A stretch of DNA of 64,000 nt. Origin: an uncultured Spongiibacteraceae bacterium. Lineage in GTDB: Bacteria; Pseudomonadota; Gammaproteobacteria; Pseudomonadales; DT-91. The notes beneath the pieces were generated by a model that was not told where the DNA came from, searched no databases, and saw nothing but the letters and a program-made list of their open reading frames with translations. Position 1 is the first letter of the stretch. Each line of letters opens with the position of its first letter. A program made the translations under genes and the position numbers. The DNA lies in contig CAZTZY010000004.1 in assembly GCA_964617765.1 (NCBI GenBank), positions 15 through 64,014 on the forward strand, in the 5' to 3' direction. This document shows positions 18,406-25,901 of this stretch, piece after piece.

Positions 18406-18678
18406 ATGCGAATATTTTTATTTTTGTTAGTTCTGGGTTTTAGTTTTCGTTCGTTTGCGCAAGAGATAATTACTATTCAATCAACAATAACCGGTAGCCA
18501 GGAACAACCTAAGGTGATCAGTATTGTTCCATGGCAGAAGCCTGAAGACCCTGATTATTTTGGTCAGGAAACTTCAGTGTTGGGTTTGACCCCGAATGTT
18601 TTCAAATCATTGGACAGGGATGGTTTCTCCAAAGAGCTTGAATACATATCAGTGATGAGAAAAAGTGCACAGAAATAG
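18406..18678 (+). CDS. Small secreted protein (90 aa), in the position GltF occupies in Agl-Glt core clusters
   Basis: The internal ATG at 18406 is preceded by GGGAGGG and lies 1 nt after the upstream stop. The signal peptide is MRIFLFLLVLGFSFRSFA/QE. The upstream part of the ORF-track ORF (18319-18405) overlaps the previous gene and is probably not translated. Confidence 0.5.
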   Translation: MRIFLFLLVLGFSFRSFAQEIITIQSTITGSQEQPKVISIVPWQKPEDPDYFGQETSVLGLTPNVFKSLDRDGFSKELEYISVMRKSAQK

Positions 18679-18859
18679 CTGTTTTATTACAATATAGACA
18701 TGAATAAGGTATTTTAATTGGTACTAAAATGTCTAGAATAGAAGCTAATTATTTGGCATTAAAAATTATAATAAAAAAACCGGGTTCAGCTTAAAAAGAA
18801 ATCATTCGATCAAAAGTACACCATTAACAATTAACACTCAAAACCAGTAGGTAAAAGTT

Positions 18860-19477
18860 ATGAATGCAATAATAAAATTTATGCAAGACGGTGGTTTTTT
18901 TATGATTCCAATCGCCTTATGTATGGGAACCGGAGTCGTAATCGCCATAGAGCGATTTATATTCCTGACCATGCAAAAGATATCAAACAGGAAGGCGTTT
19001 GATGAAATGCTACCCATCATTAAAAAAGGGGATATTGATGCATTGGTTAAATATACCAAAGCGTCAAAGGCTCCTGTTTCAAGCATCATTGGAGCGGGTG
19101 CAGCCCGTCTTAAAGAAACTCAGGATCGTGATGATATTTCCTACGCAATGGAAGAGTGTGTGATGGAAGCTACTCCGCGTTTGGAAAGACGTACCGGTTA
19201 TCTCCCCATGTTGGCAAACATTTCAACTTTGTTAGGTCTTCTGGGTACTGTTATGGGTCTTATAGATGCGTTCTCTGCAGTTGCCCATGCTGAAGCCGCT
19301 GAAAAATCAGCATTATTAACAGCCAGTATCGCGGTCGGTATGAACACCACGGCATTTGGATTGTTAGGTGCTATTCCTTTGGTTCTTGCCTATGCCTTGT
19401 TGCAAACAAGAACAACCGAAATTGTTGATAGTTTAGAGATGGCCGGTGTGAAGTTTTTAAACATGATCGTGCGCTAA
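18860..19477 (+). CDS. MotA/TolQ/ExbB-family proton channel
   Basis: Three TM segments. Family motifs: GGFFMIPIALCMGTGVVIAIERF, LANISTLLGLLGTVMGLIDAF and GMNTTAFGLLGAIPLVLAY. An AGGTAA RBS lies upstream. Confidence 0.85.
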   Translation: MNAIIKFMQDGGFFMIPIALCMGTGVVIAIERFIFLTMQKISNRKAFDEMLPIIKKGDIDALVKYTKASKAPVSSIIGAGAARLKETQDRDDISYAMEECVMEATPRLERRTGYLPMLANISTLLGLLGTVMGLIDAFSAVAHAEAAEKSALLTASIAVGMNTTAFGLLGAIPLVLAYALLQTRTTEIVDSLEMAGVKFLNMIVR

Positions 19478-19506
19478 ATTTATTGGCTGATTTTGAGTAT
19501 TAATAT

Positions 19507-20037
19507 ATGTCTAGAAGAAAAAAACATAAAGTTGAAGATCTAGAACTTAGTGCTTTCATGAATATCCTGATTGTTTTGGTTCCGATACTTTTAACCAATA
19601 TGACTATCAGTGCAACGACGATTCTTGATCTAAAGCTGCCGCCGGGTGGTGCTGGCGGTGGAGGCGCATCTGAAAATCAGCAAATCGAATTAATTATCCA
19701 TAAGGATTATATGACCCTGAATTACCCTGCAGGAGTTTATATGGATGAGTTTCCCAAGAAGAATGATGAGTATGATTTGAAAGCTTTGGCAGCGAAATTA
19801 CAGGTATTAAAACCTGCGATAGAGGAGAGCATTGGTAAGCCAAAGCGTGACATATTAATTTTAGCAGAGGAAAAAACCGATTATCAGGCACTGGTATCGA
19901 CAATGGATGCTGTTAGATCATTTGAGGTGGATGAGGGAGAAAAGTTGGTTGAATATGAATTATTTCCGGATATTTCTTTAGGTGATTCACCAGTATTGGC
20001 AGGTTCTGATGCTCAGGAATCTGGAGTTGCACCATGA
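19507..20037 (+). CDS. ExbD/TolR-family protein, paralogue 1 (with poly-Gly insertion)
   Basis: N-terminal TM segment: LSAFMNILIVLVPILL. ExbD-like periplasmic domain: ILILAEEKTDYQALVSTMDAVR. It carries an unusual PPGGAGGGGAS insert just after the TM segment. Confidence 0.75.
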   Translation: MSRRKKHKVEDLELSAFMNILIVLVPILLTNMTISATTILDLKLPPGGAGGGGASENQQIELIIHKDYMTLNYPAGVYMDEFPKKNDEYDLKALAAKLQVLKPAIEESIGKPKRDILILAEEKTDYQALVSTMDAVRSFEVDEGEKLVEYELFPDISLGDSPVLAGSDAQESGVAP

Positions 20038-20537
20038 AGCAATCAATGCGTGCAAAAAGAATGCAGCGTAAGCATTCCCGTCATGGTGACGATGGTACTC
20101 TTAGTTTAACAGCATTAATGGATGTATTTACCGTTCTGGTGTTTATGATGCTGATTAACTCTCAAGATGGTGTGCAGTTAAACGATACTAAAGAAATGAG
20201 AATGCCTGTATCCAGTGCACTTGAACTCCCCAAAGAAAATTTACTCGTGATGATTGTCAAAAACGATATTCTTGTGCAGGGTAATAAAGTGGGTGAAGTT
20301 TCAGCAATCAATGATAAGAAAGAGATTGATTTAACCGCTTTCAGTGAGGAATTGAAGTATCAGGCTGATAGGCATCCTGATTTAACCGATGAAGAGAAAG
20401 AGTTGGGGCGACCTATTACGATTCAGGCTGATCGCAAGCTGCCTTATTCTGTGTTGAAGCAAATTATGTCTGCTGCTGCCATGGCTGAGTATCGCAATAT
20501 TTCTTTGGCTGTAACGCATAAGTCGAAGGAGGGTTGA
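20034..20537 (+). CDS. ExbD/TolR-family protein, paralogue 2
   Basis: TM segment: LSLTALMDVFTVLVFMMLIN. Periplasmic domain: ITIQADRKLPYSVLKQIMSAAAMAEY. A 4-nt ATGA overlap joins it to the previous gene. Confidence 0.8.
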   Translation: MKQSMRAKRMQRKHSRHGDDGTLSLTALMDVFTVLVFMMLINSQDGVQLNDTKEMRMPVSSALELPKENLLVMIVKNDILVQGNKVGEVSAINDKKEIDLTAFSEELKYQADRHPDLTDEEKELGRPITIQADRKLPYSVLKQIMSAAAMAEYRNISLAVTHKSKEG

Positions 20538-20539
20538 AT

Positions 20540-21607
20540 ATGCAGAATACTTCATCATATTCAAGTCTCGATACTTTATTGCCCTGGTCATCTTCAGCTA
20601 AGGAAGATAAACGCTTTAATATATTGGTTATTATATTTCTTCTCTTTTTATTATTTGCCAGCTTTTGGGTGAAGAGTGTTCAGTTGCCTAAGGTTGATCG
20701 AAAAGAGTTGGAGGCACTTCCGCCATCAATTGCGAAAATCATCATCAAGAAAAAGGAAGAGTTGAAACGTAAACCCGTTGAAATCAAGAAAGTTACTGAA
20801 GAAGTAGCACAAAAGACTGAGGAAGCCCCAAAGGTTGAAGAAGTTAAGCAGGTGGAAGTAGAAAAGCCTGCTGAAGTTAAACAGGCCATTAAACCTGTTA
20901 TGACGGCTGAACAAGTTCGTGAGATTAAGGTTTCAGAGGCTAAAGCAGTTGCCAATAAAGAAATATCAAAGATAAAAGATGATTTGGCGTCAATGCGAAA
21001 TATGTTTGCACCCAAGAGTATAGCGCCCGGTGGTGGAGGTAATGGAGGAATTAAAGTTTCAACAGCTTTGGGTAACTCTGGCGCTGGTGTTTCCCGTTCG
21101 CAAATAGTTGGCGCAGGAACGGGTGGTAGTGGCGGTATTTCAGTTTCTTCAGGTGCATCTTCGGGATTGGGTGGTGGTTCAGGTGGTGGCTCAGGTACCG
21201 GTATTGGTAGTGGCAGCGGTCGCGGAGATACCAATGTTGATAGCGTAACCTTGGGCGGAGCAATTGTTGATACTGGCGGTGATGTTGCGGATGCTATAAA
21301 AAGTGCCGGATCTGCTGGTAATCGCAGTGAAGAGTCTATTCGTTCTACATTGGATGCGAATAAATCTGCATTGTATGCAATATACAACAGGGCATTACGT
21401 GAAGATCCATCTTTACAAGGCAAGGTGGTTTTCAAATTGGTGATTGAGCCGGATGGTTCTGTATCTTCTTGTTCGATAGTCAGTACGGAGCTTAATGATC
21501 CGGCATTGGGTAATAAACTGATAAGCCGTATGAAGTTTATTAATTTCGGTCCCGATGATGTGACCCAAACAACGACTCAATGGGCTATCGATTTTTTGCC
21601 TAATTAG
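20540..21607 (+). CDS. TonB-like / AgmX(GltG)-like energy-transducer protein
   Basis: ATG at 20540 lies 7 nt after GGAGGG, because the ORF-track start at 20534 is TTG. It has a single TM segment (FNILVIIFLLFLLFASFWV), a K/E/P/V-rich spacer, a Gly/Ser-rich low-complexity spacer and a C-terminal TonB_C/AgmX-like fold (ALYAIYNRALREDPSLQGKVVFKLVIEPDGSVSSCSIV...). Confidence 0.7.
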   Translation: MQNTSSYSSLDTLLPWSSSAKEDKRFNILVIIFLLFLLFASFWVKSVQLPKVDRKELEALPPSIAKIIIKKKEELKRKPVEIKKVTEEVAQKTEEAPKVEEVKQVEVEKPAEVKQAIKPVMTAEQVREIKVSEAKAVANKEISKIKDDLASMRNMFAPKSIAPGGGGNGGIKVSTALGNSGAGVSRSQIVGAGTGGSGGISVSSGASSGLGGGSGGGSGTGIGSGSGRGDTNVDSVTLGGAIVDTGGDVADAIKSAGSAGNRSEESIRSTLDANKSALYAIYNRALREDPSLQGKVVFKLVIEPDGSVSSCSIVSTELNDPALGNKLISRMKFINFGPDDVTQTTTQWAIDFLPN

Positions 21608-21618
21608 CGGTTTTTTTT

Positions 21619-21646
21619 AAATGCCATTCAATCCTGAATGGCATTT
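21619..21646 (+). terminator. Stem-loop at the operon end (putative terminator)
   Basis: AAATGCCATTCA-atcc-TGAATGGCATTT is a perfect 12-bp stem 12 nt after the stop, preceded by a T8 run. The trailing U-tract is weak. Confidence 0.5.
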
Positions 21647-21961
21647 AACCTCTTGTTTTACATGTTGAATTAAATAATTGATAGGGTCAAAAACTATAGG
21701 CATATTGGATCTGCGGATTTAACGATTATTCATTGCTTGGATGTTATTTTTTCATAGAGTAATTAGGCTGTAAGTTTTTAGGGTCAATTAATGCCTTTTA
21801 GGCAATGTTGTATATTTAATTTTTAAGTTTTTGAAAATTCATCTGGGTTTTGCCATGTGTTTTTGTGATAATGACTGGTCTTGCTAAGCCTGATTTGGAA
21901 TAAGGTTCGTTAAAGCATTTTGGTTTTGAATAATAATAAGTTTGTGTAGAGGAACATCTTC

Positions 21962-23182
21962 ATGCATGTCTCATCTCGGGGTTTTAAGCGTGTGCGCTTT
22001 TTACTGGCTTGCTCAATGCTTGCACCTTTATTCAGTGCAACAGTATTTGCAGGAATACCTGCTGCATCGGAAATAATGCCCAAAGCCAGTAAATCACTTC
22101 TTCTTGATATAGAGAGTGTTGGCGGGAAAATTATTGCTGTTGGCGAGAGAGGGCATATTTTATTATCTGACGACCAAGGTAATACCTGGTCACAAGCTTC
22201 TGTCCCTACGGTACAAATGCTGAATGCTGTTGATTTCCCTGATGAGAATCTGGGTTGGGCAGTGGGTCATGATGGCAATATTCTTCATTCAGAAGATGGT
22301 GGGGAAACATGGCTTTTGCAGCGTGATGGTCTTAAGGCTCAGCATGGGTCAAACATTACAGCATTGAGTAAAGCCAAATCCAAAGTGCAGGATCTGGAAA
22401 AACAGATTGAAGAAATGAGTTTGTCTGTAGAAGTTGAGCCTGTTGAAGAAGTTGTTCAGCCTCTGGATGAAAATGGCATAGTTATTGAAGCGCCGTTGAC
22501 TATTGAGGAGCAACTGGAAGAGGCTCAATGGGAACTGGAAAAGGCCCAAGAAAGCATTAAAGGTCCATCAATTGCACCACCGTTGATGGATGTTTGGTTT
22601 GCTGATGAAAATAATGGTTGGGCAGTCGGGGCATTTGGTACTTTATTACAAACAAAAAACGCCGGTAAAACATGGATTGATCGTGGTGCCGATATTAATA
22701 ATACGGAAGGCTACCATTTAAATGCAGTTACCGGTGTTGCCGGAACTGTGTTTATTGCAGGGGAGGCGGGATTTCTGGTTTATACGCAAGATAATGGCGA
22801 AACCTGGGTTAAGGGTAATTTGGGCTATGAGGGGACTATTTTTGGAATACTCGCTTCGGCAAATGGATCATTTGTTGTAGTGACAGGATTAAGGGGTAAT
22901 ACCTTGCTTAGCTCGGATATGGGTCTTACCTGGGCGCCATTAAGTCCCGGTATTGATTATTCATTGTCCGGTGGTTGTGTGTATGGAGAAGAAAGTTTAG
23001 TACTTGTTGGTTCTGGAGGCTCCATTGCCGTCAGTCATGATAAAGGAGCAACATTCGATCGCTACACATTGCCTGCCCGCGCATCATTAAGCAGTGTTAT
23101 CAGCTTGGAAGGTGACCATTTTCTGTTGGTTGGTCAGGGTGGAGTTCACCAGTTTGATATTAACACTAAAAAGAATAATTAA
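21962..23182 (+). CDS. Secreted BNR/Asp-box beta-propeller protein (Ycf48-like, WD40/YVTN-like)
   Basis: Signal peptide: LLACSMLAPLFSATVFA. Six Asp-box-like motifs: DDQGNTWSQ, EDGGETWLL, KNAGKTWID, QDNGETWVK, SDMGLTWAP, HDKGATFDR. An acidic coiled-coil insert is present. Confidence 0.7.
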   Translation: MHVSSRGFKRVRFLLACSMLAPLFSATVFAGIPAASEIMPKASKSLLLDIESVGGKIIAVGERGHILLSDDQGNTWSQASVPTVQMLNAVDFPDENLGWAVGHDGNILHSEDGGETWLLQRDGLKAQHGSNITALSKAKSKVQDLEKQIEEMSLSVEVEPVEEVVQPLDENGIVIEAPLTIEEQLEEAQWELEKAQESIKGPSIAPPLMDVWFADENNGWAVGAFGTLLQTKNAGKTWIDRGADINNTEGYHLNAVTGVAGTVFIAGEAGFLVYTQDNGETWVKGNLGYEGTIFGILASANGSFVVVTGLRGNTLLSSDMGLTWAPLSPGIDYSLSGGCVYGEESLVLVGSGGSIAVSHDKGATFDRYTLPARASLSSVISLEGDHFLLVGQGGVHQFDINTKKNN

Positions 23183-23199
23183 AATATTTGAGGTGAACA

Positions 23200-25725
23200 A
23201 TGTCTGAGCAATCCAATCTCAGTTCTTACCAGTACGGTTCGGAAGCTAAAATTTACGAGCGATTGATATTTGATAATCGTCCGGCCTTGTTGGTATTTTT
23301 CTTTATAACGACGATGTTTTTTGCATTTCAGGCTTCGCATATCCGTTTAGATACCAACTTTTTGAAGATGATTCCTTCCGAACATCCTTTTATCAAGAAT
23401 ATGGTAGAAAATCTTTCTGATATCGGAGCTGTAGGTACAGTTATCCAGATCGCAGTGGAAACCACTGAAGGTGATATTTTCACTCCGGAATATCTTGAAA
23501 CACTCAAGCAAATTAGTGACGAAACCTTCTTTTTGCCCGGTGTAAATCGGGTAGGGCTGGAATCAATATGGACTCCTAACGTCAGGTGGTCGGAAGTTAC
23601 AGAAGAAGGTTTTGACGGTGGCCCAGTAATACCTAACGCTTATGATAGATCGCCGCAAAAAATAAAAGAATTACGTGAAAATATTCTACGTTCGGGACGT
23701 GTGGGAAGTCTGGTCGCTGATAATTTTAAATCTTCAATCGTATCTGCAACATTGTTTGATCAAGATCCTGATACCAAAAAGCCTCTTGATTATCAGGCAT
23801 TTTCTGCAGAGTTGGAAAAGAAAATCCGGGATAAATATCAAACTGATAAAATCAAGATTCATGTTGTAGGTATTGCCAAGTTAATCGGTGATTTGACAGA
23901 TGCAGGGCCTGAAATTGCCATGTTTTTTGTTTATGCATTAATCATTTCTTTCCTTTTGTTGATGTGGTATTCGCATTGTTTTATATCTACAGTCGTTTTG
24001 TTAGTCTGTGCTGTGATTTCAGTCATTTGGCAATTAGGCATATTGGAAACCTTTGGTGATGTTGGTCATGCCATGCAGGGCTGGGTAGCTACAGGTAAAA
24101 TTGCAGCACTTTTTGGGACTTATGGATCTTCAGGAGAGTCGGTACTGCTATCTGTGGCGCAGTTTTTAACTGATAACTCCAGTTTAAGTGCATATTCTAG
24201 CCTGGTACCATTTTTGGTGTTTGCTATTTCAATAAGTCATGGCATCCAGAATATCAATACTACAGCATTAAATATGGCTGATGGATTGCCGGCGGTAGAG
24301 GCGTCACGTCGTTCGTTTAGCTCATTGTATATAGCCGGTATGACGGCTTTGCTCGCCGATGTGATAGGTTTTGCTACACTTTATGTGATTGATATCCCCT
24401 CAATCAAGCAACTAACCATAGCAGCCAGTATTGGCATTGCCGTGATTATTTTTACCAAGTTGATTTTATTGACCATTATCATGTCTTATCTTGGGGTAAC
24501 TAAAGCGGGTATTAAACACTTTAAAAATAAAGGTCTTAAACATCCCGTTATTTGGGAAAAAGTTTCGAATGTGGCTACACCGAAACTGGCGGCCGCCTCT
24601 TTGGTGATTGCTTTGGTTATGACTGTTGCCGGCTATTATACGTATGGTAAAAACGTCAAAGTCGGTGATCTTGATGAAGGTGCTCCAGAGCTACATCCAG
24701 ATTCCCGATATAACCTGGATAACAAGTATATTGCCGATAATTATACTGTCAGCTCAGATATATTTCTGATCATGGTCAAGACGCCTAAAGACAAGTGTGT
24801 CAGCTATGAAAATCTTGAAGTACTGGATCGTTTTGGCTGGACAATGGAGAACGTTGAGGGTGTTCAGTCTTCAGTTTCCATGTCGTTTGTGGTTCGTCAG
24901 GTGTTAGCGGGTTTTAGCGAGGGTAGTTTGAAATGGAGTACTATACCTCGTGATCAACAGGCGATTGACAGTACTGTTTTCCAGATCCCGCCACAATTGG
25001 TGAACTCGGATTGTAGCTATGCTCCTCTTGTACTTTTCCTTGCGGATCATAAGGCAGAAACACTTGATCGTGTTGTGAAGGCGGCAAACAAATTTATTGC
25101 TGAAAACCCGATGAAAGAGCTTAAGTTTTTATTGGCTACAGGTAATGCAGGTATAGAAGCTGCTACCAATGAAGTTATTGTAAATGCCTATTTGAAAATG
25201 TTGGCACTGGTGTATGGAGTTGTGACCTTGTTAGTCTTCGTCACATTTAATTCCTGGCGCCCCACAGTTTGTATTGTCATACCATTGGTAATTACTTCTT
25301 TATTGTGTGATGCATTGATGGCATATCTAGGTATAGGTATCAAGGTAGCTACATTGCCAGTGGTTGCTTTGGGTGTAGGTATTGGCGTTGATTATGGTAT
25401 TTACATTTATGCCAAGCTGGAAACCTATTTACATGAAGGTTTGCCTTTGCGTGAAGCTTATTTTAATACCTTGAAAACAACAGGTAATGCGATTGTATTA
25501 ACTGCAGTAACATTGGCCATTGGTGTAATTACCTGGATATGGTCACCTATTAAATTCCAGGCAGATATGGGCGTTTTATTAACATTTATGTTTTTGTGGA
25601 ATATGGTTGGTGCATTATGGTTACTTCCAGCTCTGGCATATTTCCTGATCAAGCCTGAAAAAATTGTGGCTCAGGAAGCTAAAAGACAAGAGAAAAAAAT
25701 GAAAAAAATGGCTAAATCGACCTGA
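23200..25725 (+). CDS. RND-superfamily transporter (MMPL/HpnN-like, 841 aa)
   Basis: The topology is two-fold: 1 TM, periplasmic loop, 5 TM, repeated. The sequence is typical of HpnN/MMPL-like exporters. It starts 17 nt after the propeller gene, with a GAGGTGA RBS. Confidence 0.8.
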   Translation: MSEQSNLSSYQYGSEAKIYERLIFDNRPALLVFFFITTMFFAFQASHIRLDTNFLKMIPSEHPFIKNMVENLSDIGAVGTVIQIAVETTEGDIFTPEYLETLKQISDETFFLPGVNRVGLESIWTPNVRWSEVTEEGFDGGPVIPNAYDRSPQKIKELRENILRSGRVGSLVADNFKSSIVSATLFDQDPDTKKPLDYQAFSAELEKKIRDKYQTDKIKIHVVGIAKLIGDLTDAGPEIAMFFVYALIISFLLLMWYSHCFISTVVLLVCAVISVIWQLGILETFGDVGHAMQGWVATGKIAALFGTYGSSGESVLLSVAQFLTDNSSLSAYSSLVPFLVFAISISHGIQNINTTALNMADGLPAVEASRRSFSSLYIAGMTALLADVIGFATLYVIDIPSIKQLTIAASIGIAVIIFTKLILLTIIMSYLGVTKAGIKHFKNKGLKHPVIWEKVSNVATPKLAAASLVIALVMTVAGYYTYGKNVKVGDLDEGAPELHPDSRYNLDNKYIADNYTVSSDIFLIMVKTPKDKCVSYENLEVLDRFGWTMENVEGVQSSVSMSFVVRQVLAGFSEGSLKWSTIPRDQQAIDSTVFQIPPQLVNSDCSYAPLVLFLADHKAETLDRVVKAANKFIAENPMKELKFLLATGNAGIEAATNEVIVNAYLKMLALVYGVVTLLVFVTFNSWRPTVCIVIPLVITSLLCDALMAYLGIGIKVATLPVVALGVGIGVDYGIYIYAKLETYLHEGLPLREAYFNTLKTTGNAIVLTAVTLAIGVITWIWSPIKFQADMGVLLTFMFLWNMVGALWLLPALAYFLIKPEKIVAQEAKRQEKKMKKMAKST

Positions 25726-25901
25726 TTGAAAAGAGCATTACGCTAGATTTCTATTTGCTTCATTGCACTTGGTTAACTTGATAAGTAATGTTTTTTCGCT
25801 AATCTAGGCAAAATTAAGTCAATGTTTTTTGGATGTTGTGAATTATTTAAAGTGATATTAATGAAGTCGAATACATTTATATTATGGGGAATTTCTAGGT
25901 A

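Noticed and set aside
20680-21435. 251-aa minus-strand ORF (Pro/Ser/Thr-rich) covering most of the TonB-like gene
   Set aside because: It is the antisense reading of the K/E/P/V-rich and Gly/Ser-rich low-complexity tracts of the plus-strand gene. It has no RBS, no motifs and a purely compositional open frame. The plus-strand gene has operon context and a recognisable C-terminal domain.
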